Below are positions 1 to 12,082 of a stretch of DNA of 64,000 nucleotides, one piece after another; the stretch's first letter is position 1; each line of letters begins with the position of its first letter. The translations under genes were made by a program, and so were the position numbers. The stretch spans positions 146,196,001 to 146,260,000 of the forward strand of contig NC_042998.1 of NCBI RefSeq assembly GCF_006345805.1, written 5' to 3'. The notes beneath the pieces were generated by a model that saw only the letters and a program-made list of their open reading frames with translations, made no database searches and had not been told where the DNA came from. The DNA comes from Octopus sinensis (lineage: Eukaryota).

Positions 1-334
1 GAGGGAATACTGTAATCTTAGTCATTTACTCATCACGGAAACTGAGTGACTGGCCCTATGAGTCCTAGGACTTGAGACAGCAATATTCAGGGGTTGGTGG
101 GGGGTGAGGGGGTGGGGTGGGGGTGGGGGATGACTTCAGTGAGGTTCTACCAAGATAAGGTAGTTGCTAAGTGTAGACTATTGTGATTTCAAAGATTATA
201 CTGGTCAACAAAATTAAATATATTACACTCATTATGAATGCAAACCAACTTTATAGACTAATTTTTCATGCTGATTTCAAAATTTCATTCCATTTGTATG
301 CAGCACGTATCAGTTTTTCAGTAGATACATAGAG

Positions 335-475
335 AATACCAAATGAGTTCCCTATGGATACTGTATTTATTACGAGTGGCTTGTAAACGTATCTAACGAG
401 CGAAAGCGAGTTAGATACGTTTACAAGCCACGAGTTGTAATAAATACGGTATCCACAGGGAATGAGTTTGGTATT
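335..475. repeat. ~140-bp imperfect palindrome (terminal hairpin of a probable non-autonomous DNA element)
   Basis: Perfect 22-bp arms GTGGCTTGTAAACGTATCTAAC (376-397) and GTTAGATACGTTTACAAGCCAC (410-431) around the loop GAGCGAAAGCGA; imperfect pairing continues out to AATACCAAA/TTTGGTATT. Confidence 0.9.
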
Positions 476-749
476 TTATTTATTACACACAAATAAACGA
501 CCATATTTTATTAACCCAATAACTAAATTCTTCACATCGTGTTGAAGCGCGCATGAATACAGTTTGATTTCACGTCAGTGACGTCACAATGTGTACCTGT
601 AAAAGATGTCATGCCGCAGGAAGATAGTCCGACTTTATAGCGCTAAGTTTTCAGGTGAAATGACTGATAACTGATGACTGTTTAACATTTTGTTAACATT
701 CAAGTTCACGTTCAAGAAATACATAACACAGATTGAATCTTCAATAACT

Positions 750-1040
750 TTAATAATATTCAAACCTGTTTTTGAGTAGCAAATCGTCACGTAGAAGTTC
801 ATTGTACACCTCATCAGGGATGTTAGATCTAGGGTTCGATGACAATCCACTCATCGATGACACTGTTTCAGGTACCTTTGTTAACCTGTATCCAGCAATA
901 TGTCGAACTTGGCCAGTATTGATCTTCACTTTGAACATTCTGTATGTTCCAAGAGGTTGAACAACAGATAACACTCTTCCCCCATCTTTACCATCAATCT
1001 TAACAAAATCATTCACCTTGATATCGACAACAGTAGCCAT
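750..1040 (-). CDS. 96-aa ORF (MATVVDIKVNDFVKIDG...), SH3/KOW-like beta-barrel pattern; possible N-terminal remnant of a Crypton-like element protein
   Basis: Open frame with ATG in good context (acaagATGG), non-repetitive composition and an alternating beta-strand pattern; points toward the 335-475 hairpin. The family assignment is inference. Confidence 0.35.
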   Translation of the reverse strand: MATVVDIKVNDFVKIDGKDGGRVLSVVQPLGTYRMFKVKINTGQVRHIAGYRLTKVPETVSSMSGLSSNPRSNIPDEVYNELLRDDLLLKNRFEYY

Positions 1041-1105
1041 CTTGTTGATAGATCTACCTGCACTGCAAGAGTATCGACAAGCAGATGAAATATGTTGTGA
1101 TTTTT

Positions 1106-2382
1106 TGGGCAACAAAAAATTGAATTACCACCAGAAATATTTATATTTTATGTGTATATGACTTTAAGTGATATCTGGTATAAAAAAGATAGTATGTTTG
1201 TTTAATTACATGGCTACATTCTACCTGCTCATGAAAGTAATGAATGAAGTTTAGTTGTAACTTATGAATGACAAAAGTAGTGCCGTCACCGTGACTTTGG
1301 GTCATCACCATGGATTGACCAATCAGAAGCAGCACTCGCAGTATCTGACATATGTTAGATACCAAAAATATCTCAAAGTGTTCTCATTCACATGTGTGTA
1401 ATAAATGCAAATATTTACATATTTGTATATATGAAGTCATCAACATAATAAATAAGGATGTATTATTTTTAGAAAGTAAATGAGTTTATTGAGTTAAAAA
1501 TCATCAGTATCATTCTACAAAGAGTGAATACATAAAAAATGAGTCACACAAAACAAACAAAGTTAGAACAACAGAGTTAGAAACATTGTGCTTTAGATTT
1601 CCTGCAGTGTTCCTGATCTGGTTGATCGGGGTAAAGTGTTCAGCAGTAGTCAGCCAGCATACTACCATTCCAGAAGCCTTGGTACCGTTTCTCCATAGCA
1701 CTAATGTCTTGGTGAAATCTTTCACTATGTTCATCAGACACTGCTCCAAGGTTGCCTATGAAGAAATCCAGATGGGAGTCCAAGAAGTGAGCATTCAGTG
1801 ACATGTGACAACCCATTGCTGAGTAACATTTCAGAAGATTCTCGATACCATCCTTGTAGTCCATTACCTTCTTGTTTCCCAAGAAATTTTCACAGATCCA
1901 ATTGTAAAGCATTCCAGGCAGGCAGTTCCAGTTCATCCAGTGTTGTCTTGAAGTTGACATCTTTGAGTTCTCTAATTTGGGGTCCGACAAAGATACTCTC
2001 TTTCAACTTCGCCTGTGTGATTTTGGGATACTTTTCTACAATATGATCAAACCCACTGGTATTTCTCTTCCCAAGTATCTTTACAAACTGTTTCATCAGT
2101 CCAAGGTTTATGTACAAAGGAAGCAATAGGACTTTACATGGATCTAAAAGAGGTGTATTCTTGACACTAGACAGTCCTGGCTGGTATGATGTTCTTGTCT
2201 GCCAGTTTGATTCCAAATAATGTCTGTCAGTTGCAAGAAACAACAGTATTTTGTGAAACCTGGAAGTTTCAAAGCAGTTGTCCATAGTTATCTCTGTCTC
2301 TTTAATTTTCAAAGAGATACCGTAAATCTTTGAGTATAATCTGCATTTTTTTCCCAAAATTTAAAGGTCAAAATCCCTAGTG
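1106..2382 (-). mobile_element. Internally deleted DNA transposon with frameshifted transposase (~1610-2260), probably CMC/Chapaev type
   Basis: Translated motifs LLPLYINLGLMKQFVK, ESIFVGPQIREL, MSLNAHFLDSHLDFF and GAVSDEHSERFHQDISAMEKRYQG; minus-strand terminus CACTAGGG at 2382; frameshift near 1900. Confidence 0.75.
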
Positions 2383-2733
2383 CATACTATATACGAGGTT
2401 AAAAATGAAAAATATTTTCTAAACAATGTCCGAGTCTCTATTTGCTGTCCGGCAATGTTTATTCAGACGCATTTTGTGATGTCAGGCGCGAAAATACCTT
2501 AAGCTAAGCCTGAGAGCAATGAAGAATCATCTATAACTTGCAGTAAGCAACATTATTTATTAAAATAAAAGTATTCAGGACACAGAATAACATGTAACAG
2601 AAACAATTTGCAAACATATTTACATTCCCATATAACAATTAGGAACATCACCATTATTATATTATGCATGTGCGGAAGTGTTTGTTCGACTAGGTGCTGC
2701 TGGCTTAATTACGCACGACTCAAGTTAGAGAAG

Positions 2734-2836
2734 GATGCGTATTATACACAAGGTTTAGGTTTTTCAGAGGTACGACCCCCTAAAAATCACCTGCGTATTA
2801 TACTCGAGGGCGGACTATACTCGAGGATTTACAGTA
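2734..2836. mobile_element. One end of a Tc1/pogo-like non-autonomous element
   Basis: Subterminal repeats GCGTATTATAC x2 and TATACTCGAGG x2, ending ...GATTTACAG followed by TA. Confidence 0.4.
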
Positions 2837-2869
2837 TTGACATCAGCAGGACAACTGACCTGTGTGACA

Positions 2870-3925
2870 GTACATACTTTTTCTTGTCAGTTTCAAACAA
2901 TAATATCCAACTGTTATGCTTACCCTTGACATGTTTTGATGGGAATGTTCCACCAATATTCCTTGTGCTGGTGTTTGTGTATGAATTCAATAACAAGTGG
3001 ATTCTCTATATTTATTCCAGAACAGTCTTTTCTGAATGGCATTGTATATTGTTTTTGTGACGTCATGTTGCATAGGAAGGTAATACCTTGATCACATTTT
3101 TGGGCAGCTGCTAATCACGTGTGATATCTTCCACAGAAGTATAACATGATCTACATTTACAGTTGCATCTTGGGACATGCATATTCTTCGAAGTGTGATG
3201 TAATGTAGCAGTCACAAGTCCAAGAGAGGCTTCACTTCATGTCAATGTTACTATCCTCTTCACATCTACTAAAGACACACCTATGTTTGGTCTATGCTGA
3301 GCGTTTCACTCCAGGTTTTCTTTGAGGTATGCTAGTCCAGCTGATTTGGGGTTGTATAGAAGGTCATCAGTACTTTCTTATTTCTTTATTACCCACAAGG
3401 GGCTAAACATAGAGGGAACAAACAAGGACAGACAAAGGGATTAAGTCGATTACATTGACCCCAGTGTGGAGGAGCTCACTTCCAATATGTAGGATATCGT
3501 TTTGTTTACTTTTCAGCATTAAATTAATGTATTTATTTTGCAGCTGCTGCTCAGAAAAAGTTGTCTGGGAGAGACTGTGTGACATTTGAAGGCCATCTCA
3601 TTGATCTAAAGCCCCTACCTCCTTTATCCCTTCTTAGGTAGAGCCTGTTGATATCATTATTTTTGTGGAGATTTCCAGTTGATGTTAAAATTTTGCAGTT
3701 TTACTGTTGATGGAGTGGATTTCTACTATAGACCAGGCAAATATACCAAATACTGGAATCAGCATTAGTACTGCAAGTGCATAGCAGGATATTGTCTTGT
3801 TGTAAGAGGAGAGTTCGGACTGCCATATTTTTCTTAGTCTAGTGTAATATTCTTAAGTCACTCTATCCTTATTTACAGTACCATGGTACAATATATTTTC
3901 ATCAATATCAAGGTACTTTGTGTGG
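2870..3925 (-). mobile_element. R4/Dong-like (RLE-endonuclease) LINE fragment: RT thumb plus zinc-finger region, degenerate
   Basis: Minus-strand translation gives TRLRKIWQSELSSYNK, NRLYLRRDKGGRGF, SVEDITHVISSCPKM and EYWWNIPIKT; many stops and frameshifts; interrupted by a SINE tail at 3377-3468. Confidence 0.75.
3377..3468 (-). mobile_element. 3' end of a SINE (tail ...gccccttgtgggtaataaagaaataag)
   Basis: ctggggtc-atgtaatcgact core flank shared with SINE copies at 53706-54180, followed by a short stem-loop tail. Confidence 0.7.
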
Positions 3926-4211
3926 GACAGGAGAGATAGTGAGTATGTATGTATGTATGTATATTTACTTGTTTTTATGTGTAACTGGAACACAACTAGG
4001 GATTTACAATACAGAATGATAAGAAATTATAACCTTGGATCCTGCCACAAGAATATGGGGAGTTTTTTTTTCTAATCTAAACAATATTGTTAGCCTGGTG
4101 TACCTAACAGAAAGCTTATAAAGTCTTTTGCCCAGATTGATAATCCCTCACTAATAACTCAGTTATATATATACACACTCACACACATACCTATATGTAT
4201 ACATATACATA

Positions 4212-4247
<36 letters not shown>

Positions 4248-4568
4248 TGTATGTACGTACGTATGTATGTATGTATACCTATATTGATTTTTATATAAGA
4301 AAGTATTTCAAACCCGGCCATTTTTTTTTCTTAATTAATCAATATCCAAAATAAAATTACCTGGCAGAGTAGATTTTGGCAATTAATGCCAGATCAAAAC
4401 TATGCAACATACTATAGAACCTAACATCTCTCTCTCTTTATATATATATATATATATATATAACCAGACAGGCTGACAGAATCTGCATAATTCTCACTGC
4501 ACCACAGCTAAGGTTATAAACCTTGGAATTATGTTAGAACAGGGTTAGAAACACTTTCTTATACAGAA

Positions 4569-5421
4569 CTAGCAGAATTGCCCGGCGTTGCTCGGGGCTG
4601 AATTGCTTGAAAGTACTGTTAATGATTGCACTGAATTATGATGATTATTCAGGCAAATATTGATATAAGCTTACGGTGGGAGATAAGGACTTAATGATCA
4701 AACGTGTGCCATTGCATGGTTTTGGGGGAACCAAATTTGATGAGCATTATAGGGGCACCAACTTTAAGTTTGAGAAAGTGTTGGTGGTAGTCCGGGGTGC
4801 TCAAAGGAATTGAGTACTTCTATTGGATAGTTGTTGATGACGTCCTCTGGGTCAGGGTTGTATCGATTTTATCCATAGACTGATATACATAGACTTCCCC
4901 AGGATGAGTTTTAGCATTTCATCATTAATATGGTGAACATTTTATTCCTCGGGGCCAGTTATAGCCTTTTTTACCAATCCAATCCATATTCTGATAATTA
5001 GCTTGTAGATCTGGGAACACTGCATCTCTGAGATCAGAAGGCGTCTTAACAATGGTACAAATGGAATCGTGATGGCAATATTACCATTTTCATCCCCTGG
5101 TATTTTGCCTTCGCCAAGTGCAAGGAGGGTGTGAGGAAATGCTGCTGATGTGATATTACGTCGCATATGAGCACGCATATTGGTGTGAAGTTTGAGAGTT
5201 ACTTCCGTTTATTTAAAAAAATATGCATTAAAATGGAAAAAAATGATGGTAAATTATTTGTAAAATCATAGACTCATCGTAGACGCGCGCTAATACCCAG
5301 AAGGGCTCGATATGAATCACGACTATAAGACACGGGTTTGGTTTAACTGCATCGCAAAATGTGGGGTAGTTAGGAATCTAAATCGGAGTAGACAGCACCC
5401 ACACCTTTCTTTATATATAAA
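4569..5421 (-). mobile_element. Non-autonomous Helitron carrying a degenerate PIF1-like helicase fragment
   Basis: Minus-strand 3' end CTAG (4569-4572) followed by T, preceded by the hairpin CCCGAGCAACGCCGGG; translated pieces LLALGEGKIP, DPEDVINNYPIEVLNS and KVGAPIML. Confidence 0.85.
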
Positions 5422-5422
5422 T

Positions 5423-5745
5423 ATTTTCGTCCTAAAAAACTTTGTATGGAGTGAATGGTTACCTCTATGGAAATATATCACACCACGTTATACATACATG
5501 TGTGCATAGATGAATATAAAATACATTTATATATCTAATATACACTTTTGGGCGATCTCTGTGCTACTTAGAGATAACTTTAGATCTTATTTTCGTCCTA
5601 AAAAACTTTGTGCGGAGTGAATGGTTACGTGTATGGAAATATATACACACACATTATACAGACATCTGTGTATAGATGAATATATAAATACATTTAAATA
5701 TCTATATACACTTTTGGGCGTCTTTCTGCTACTTGGATATAGGGG
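5423..5745. repeat. Tandem duplication, ~166-bp unit x2
   Basis: ATTTTCGTCCTAAAAAACTTTGT...CACTTTTGGGCG starts at 5423 and again at 5589. Confidence 0.85.
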
Positions 5746-6183
5746 GATGTTTCGCTTGTCGTAGCAACGTTTCCGTCGATTTCCGTAAAAAAATGTAAAC
5801 ACTGAATCGGCCATACATACATACATACATACACACACACACTACATAACACACCACACACATACATGCATACATACATATACACATAACCGAGTAAAAA
5901 ATTTCAGTTATCTCTCTCTTTCACACATTACTCTCTCTGTCTCTTCACACACACTAACAGAAGCACTTCACTTACACACATACTGTCTGTCTCCCACACT
6001 CCATCAAACACACACACACACACACACATGTACATCAATGCGTCCCATGCACGGTAACTTCAAAAGAACTTCCCTCGTCATACAATCGCTTTCTCTTAGT
6101 CTCTTTCGCTCTCATTACTTATGTAAAAAAATAAGTTTTTTACGGAAATCGACGGAAACCTGTGCTACGACAAGCGAAACATC
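5746..6183. mobile_element. ~48-bp inverted repeats enclosing microsatellite-rich DNA (MITE- or HINE-like)
   Basis: GATGTTTCGCTTGTCGTAGCA..GTTTCCGTCGATTTCCGTAAAAAA at 5746-5793 and its near-perfect reverse complement at 6136-6183. Confidence 0.8.
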
Positions 6184-6282
6184 GCCGATATAGGTCTTAT
6201 ATTTGTCCTAAAATACTTTCCTGTCACACACTCACGCACGCACAACACACACACACACACACACACCACACACACACGCACC

Positions 6283-6313
<31 letters not shown>

Positions 6314-6539
6314 ACACGCACGTTAGCTTACAATTTATTTATATATTTGCGTGTCTATGTGTGTAAAAGGAAGTGGCAGACTGAAAGAGTCACTCACTAC
6401 AAAAGGTGAATTACTTTCATTTTATTCCTGCACACTGTGGTGTGCGTGTGCGTGTAGTGTAAAACACATTAAGAAAAGCATTTGACATACACACCAGAAT
6501 GTGAGTTTTCTGTAAATTTTGCTTAATTGGAGTTTAAAT

Positions 6540-6679
6540 TTTAAAAAGTGGACCTGGTAAAACCCGATGCATTCTACTCTTAAAAATGCTAAGTAAATTG
6601 TAATTGAAGAAATCCTATATTGTAGATTTCTATAACTGACAAAGGGAGGCAGATAAAATCTGCCTTTTATAATAAGAGA
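6540..6679 (-). mobile_element. Helitron-like 5' end
   Basis: Minus strand reads A|TCTCTTATTATAAAAGGCAG, i.e. a 5'-TC terminus after A. Confidence 0.55.
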
Positions 6680-7234
6680 TTAATCTACATACACTATGGT
6701 GTGTTATGTAATTTTATTGGGATCTATCTATCTATGTATATATATATATATATATATATGTCCTGGGGTTGATTTTTTTTTTGACTAAAAACCCTTTAAG
6801 GCAATGATCCAGCATGGCCACAGACTGAAACAAATAAAAAGAGTAAAAACGAAAAAGAATATCTTTATATATATATATATATATACACATACATACAAAT
6901 ATACATGATGCATACATCCCTACATAATACATATTTGTGTGTGTGTGTATTCATGTATGCCTGCATGAATGTATGTGTGTGTTTATGTGTATGTGTCATG
7001 ATTATTATCATCATCATCATCATTTTAATGGCCACTTTTCCATGCTGAAAAGAATTTGCCAAGGCAATTTTTCTATGGCCAGATGCCCTTTTTCTTAACC
7101 CTCACCTGTTTCCAAGTATGGTAACATTTTTCCCATGACCAAATGTGTTTTTCACAGAAAATTGGAAATAAATGACACTGCGTATGATGATGATGATACT
7201 TATGTTGTGAAGACAAAGAGACACCCAGACACAG

Positions 7235-7272
<38 letters not shown>

Positions 7273-7295
7273 GAAGATGAAGAATATTATTTTCG

Positions 7296-7349
7296 CAATT
7301 CTTTCAAGACACTGACTGACATCAGAAACGGAAACAGCTGTAAGAATTG
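7296..7349 (+). ncRNA. Degenerate minimal type-I hammerhead-like motif
   Basis: Stem I CAATTCT/AGAATTG (7 bp), GAA, palindromic stem III ACAGCTGT, cleavage triplet GTA; core decayed to TTCAAGA. Confidence 0.55.
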
Positions 7350-7632
7350 TTACGTCACATAAATGTTATGTCATGTTTCGTATTAAATAATAAGCTACCG
7401 ATATGGTCCAATTGATTTGTTTGCTGATCTAAAGTTTTCTCTATTTTCTGATTATTTAAATTTGATTCCTGATAAACTTTTGTTTATTCTGCTGTTACCT
7501 GTACTCTATAAGCATAGTGTGCCTGCATACACATGCCCAGAGATAACACGGGTAACTGATACCGATAGTAAATATGGATATTTTATCCCTAAGTCGGTTA
7601 CTATAACCATTAAATCTGCTTACCTTTTAATA

Positions 7633-7684
<52 letters not shown>

Positions 7685-10093
7685 ATATATAAACAGCAGT
7701 TTGCAATGTTTTAACAAAAAGGAGAATTACAAATGTGACTAAATGCAACTAAAATGTTAAGAAACACCTGCATTGTTAGAAAGATGAACTAAACTGCTCT
7801 AATACTGTAGTTAATGCACATGAATGAAAACATACACAAACAGGAACCATAAGCATCCAAAAAGTGCAGAAATTGATGCATCAGTATTAAGAAATCTCAA
7901 TCAGCACTTTTTGGACAATTATGGTCCCTGTTAGTGTATATGTTTACATTCATGTACGTTACCTACAGCATTAGAGTGGTTTAGCTTTTATTTCTAGCAA
8001 TGTAGGTGTTTTCAAAAACCCTAGTCACAGTGACATTTGTAATGTGTGTGTGTGTGTGTGTATAAATATATATATCTCATTCTTATTTAATGTCTATGTT
8101 CCATGCTGGTATGTGTTGGATAGTTTGATAGGATCTGATGTGTCCAAAGATTGCATCCAGCTCCAATGCCTTTTTTTGTCACGGCTGGATGCCCTTTCTA
8201 ATGTCATCCACTTTACAGCATGGACTCACTGCTTTTTACATGCCACCTGCACAATTGAGATCATCATGCAGTTCACAGGACTACAAGCCCTGGGGGAGGT
8301 GGAGTGGGTCAGCTTCATGCTTAGGGATAAGGGGAATTACTATAAAGAGGAGAAGGGAGTAGATCAGGTTCCTACAGAGGGATCTGCATGGCTATTCACA
8401 TTGAGTAGGGGAAATGAGGAGAGAGAAAGAGAAAATGATCAGTAAGAGCTGCAAGAGATAATGAAGATAAAATGTCCAGGTGGCATAACAAGGGACAAGC
8501 TGAGAAGAAATGAGTGGGTGGTGGGTGTTTGGGTGGTCTGCAGGATTGCATGGGAAAGTGAATGAGGGGTGAAGAGGCAAACTGCCAAAATGGTTATGGT
8601 TGAAGGGTTTCAGGGTAGATAGAAGGATACAGAAGAAGGGGCGGGGAAGCAGATGTGTGTGTTTGTGCACGCATGTGTGTGTGTGTTTGTGCGCGCATGT
8701 GTGTGTGTGTGGATGTGTGTGTGTGTGTGTGTGTGGCTCGGTTAGCTAGAAACTGGGAATTTGTTCAGGATGTATTTGTCCTTTTCCATTTAAAACCAAC
8801 CACAATATTCAGTTTTAATGAATCATATTTGTTTCCATATTGGTTTCAAATTTTGGTACAAGGCCAGCAATTTCAGGGGTGAGGATAAATCAATTACATC
8901 AGTCCCAATGCTCAACTGCTACTTACTCTATCAACTCCAAAAGGATGAAAGATAAAAGGCAAAGTTGACCTCAGTGGAATGTGAAGTCAGAATGTAAAGT
9001 CAGAATGCTTAGCAGCATTTTGGCATGTTTACAATTCTGCAAGCTCACTCTCCTTTATTTTTATTTCCATATCAACATTACAAAGATTACTTGCTAAAGA
9101 CTGTAATAATGTAAACCAGGAGGTTGTACATGAGAATGTATGTTTGGCAGGAGAAGAAAATGTTAGTCTTCATGTTTGATGAAGTAGTCTTTTAACATGA
9201 GGATGAAGTGGCATGATTGACAGTTTACCAAGACTTTCTGCCGCCCTCTGCAAGTGCTCATTCTCCTTTCTGTCTCTGGTTTGTATTTCCCACACATGTC
9301 AATTTATAACCATCATTTGGCATGAAACTGTATGGAATTTTCCTTTACTTTTAACAACCACACTGAATATGTCAATATAGTGCTTCACTGAAATGTAGGC
9401 AAAGATCACTTGGTATGTTGTAGCCATTGTTTGTTACAGGGCTGATGTGGTTTTCAGATGCTAAGTACCAACACACACACACACACACACACATTATTAT
9501 ATATGAGCCCCTCCCCACCTCATTTGAAGTGTCTAAAATAAGATGCTTCATTTGAGGCATCTTGTCTTACAAATTAGTTGATCTCATTGGTGCTAATGCC
9601 ATGAAAAAAGAACACTCAGTACACTCTGTAAAGTGGTTGGCACTAGAAAGGGCATCCAACCATAGAAACCATGCAAAGTAGAGAGTGGAACTTGGTACTA
9701 TTCTCTGGCTTACCAACATGTTTCAAAGCATCCAACCCATGCCAGCATGATAAATAGAAGTTAAATGGGGATGATGACGGTGATTATTATTATTATTTAT
9801 ATATATTATATGTGTGTATTTGTGTGTGTATGTGTGCGTGTGTGTTCATACACATCCATACATGTGTCGGTTTTCATATATAAAAATGCCAAATATTAAT
9901 TGAAGACTCTCTCAATATATTAAAGTAAACAATTATATTTATTTTTACAAGGAAATGGGAGATAGTAACTTCAAAGTTTTGCTGGTTGGCTTTATAATCT
10001 GATGAAGCCAACAATCAGCAGTACTTCAAAGTTACTCTCAACTTATGTATACATATATATACATACATACATACATACATACATATACACACA

Positions 10094-11278
10094 CACTGGG
10101 TCATTAAATAATGCGATTTTTTCAATTGCATGAACTAAAAGTTGGAGGGTGACAGGATAAACTACCTGCATCAACTTGGTATAAAAGCAAGTAGTAGTTT
10201 TATCTTAAACTATTTTTAGTGCAAGTTTTGAAGAGTGCGGTTCGATTTTAACAGTTATTTTTTCAAAGCAATAGTAGAAATGACAAAGGAGCATATTCCG
10301 CATATTTTGTTTTATGAGTTCAATAAGGACAACAATGCAATGTGAAGTGCAAGAAATATTAATGCAGTATATGGTTATTGGACAATAAGTGTAAGCCAGT
10401 ATCAATGGTGGTTCCAGAAATTCCAAGCCAGAAACTATAGCCTAGAAGATGAGCCTTGTCCTGGAAGATCTGTAGAGCTTGATGAGGTTGTCCTGCAAAC
10501 CCTGGTGGAAAAAAATCCCATTGTAACTGTTGAGGTACTAGCAGAGAAGCTTGTATTTGGTCATTCAACCATTCCTTGACACCTGCATGCCATTGGAAAA
10601 GTCAGCAAATTGAGTCAATGGGTTCCTCACAAACTTTCCCAGTCTAATCATGTGCAGAGAGTGAATGTATGCTTTTCTTTGCTGTTACATCTTTCAAATG
10701 AACTTTTTTGGGACTGAATAGTAACTGGTGATGAGAAATGGGTTCTCTATAAAAACGTGGAGTGCCAAAGACAGTGGGTAGGGAAATGAGAAACACCAGC
10801 ACCCAGGGCTAAAGAAGGTCTTCACCTATGTAAGGTGTTGTTATCTTAAGTTAGCACAAGAATAAAAACAACCATCTTTGGTTTCAAGACAAAAGGTGTT
10901 CTTCCATCAGGAAAATGCTCTGTCACATACAACAAGGGCTGGAGCGATTTCAATGGCAAACGATACACCACCCACTATATTTGCTGGACATTGTTCCATC
11001 TGATTATCATTTATTCCACAGTTTTCAAAATCATTTGGACAGAAAAATATGAATTCTGTAGACGAGGTCAGAACAGTACAGGAGGCGTATTTTTCATCAC
11101 GGACAAGTGAATTTTGGAAGAGTGGCTTTGCAAGTCTGCTAGATAGATGGAAGAGCATTGTAGAAATTGAAGGAGAATATATTTTAGATTAAAAAAGAAC
11201 TTTGTTTATCTTAATTTAAAAAAATAAAGGAATAAAAGAAGTATAAAACAACCACATTATTTAAGGGATAACTCAATG
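10094..11278 (+). mobile_element. Mariner (Tc1/mariner) transposon with pseudogenised transposase (~10280-11192)
   Basis: Motifs WVPHKL, IVTGDEKW and a decayed YSPDLAPSDY (LDIVPSDYHLF); in-frame stops and an internal deletion; degenerate TIRs (TAAATAATGCG / CACATTATTTA) and a TA at the right end. Confidence 0.9.
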
Positions 11279-11480
11279 TATATGTATATATATAAACACA
11301 TACATACTTATTTATTTATATATATATATATAGCGCTGGTGTGGCTGTGTGGTGAGAAGTCTGCTTTCAGGGTCAGTCCTACTGTCTGGTACCTTAAGCA
11401 AATATCTTCTACTATAACCTCAGGCCAAACAAAACCTTCTAAGTGGATTTGGTAGATGGAAAATTAAAGATCCATCGTGA

Positions 11481-11530
<50 letters not shown>

Positions 11531-11535
11531 CCTCC

Positions 11536-11566
<31 letters not shown>

Positions 11567-11630
11567 TATAAATTAACAGAATGAGATAAAAATCCAAGGC
11601 TGTGAAAGATTTCAGACTATTTATAAAGAG

Positions 11631-11678
11631 GTCTTACAGCTGTTTCCGTGATATTTTATATATCCCTTCATTGGAGAC
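11631..11678 (-). ncRNA. Minimal hammerhead-like motif (left arm)
   Basis: Minus strand: GTCT CCAATGA AGG GATAT ATAAA ATATC ACG GAA ACAGCTGT A AGAC. Confidence 0.6.
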
Positions 11679-12034
11679 GGTGTGAGAAAATGGTTAAGCA
11701 ATAATTATTCTAGATAAGATATGAAATAGAGAGTGAAGTGGAGGAATGAAAATAGACATGAGATATGCAGGGATATGTATTTGTAGTTCCATTATTTAGG
11801 CAGAATGGTATATATATAAGATTCCTGTACCTTGTGAGTAAGTTCCAGCAGTATTTAATAGTATTTACTCACAAGGTACAGGAATCTTATATATATATAT
11901 ATACCATTCTGTCTAAATAATGGAACTACAGATACAATATCCCTATATATCTCATGTCTGTTTTCATTCCTCCACTTCACTCTCTATTTCATATCTTATC
12001 TAGAGTAACTATTGTTTAACCATTTTCTCACACC

Positions 12035-12082
12035 GTCTCCGATGAAGGGATATATAAAATATCATGGAAACAGCTGTAAGAC
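12035..12082 (+). ncRNA. Minimal hammerhead-like motif (right arm), CCGATGA core variant
   Basis: GTCT CCGATGA AGG GATAT ATAAA ATATC ATG GAA ACAGCTGT A AGAC: stem I GTCT/AGAC, stem II GATAT/ATATC, palindromic stem III, GTA triplet. Confidence 0.7.

Noticed and set aside
2608-3060. 150-aa plus-strand ORF
   Set aside because: Spans a transposon end and the antisense strand of a LINE fragment.
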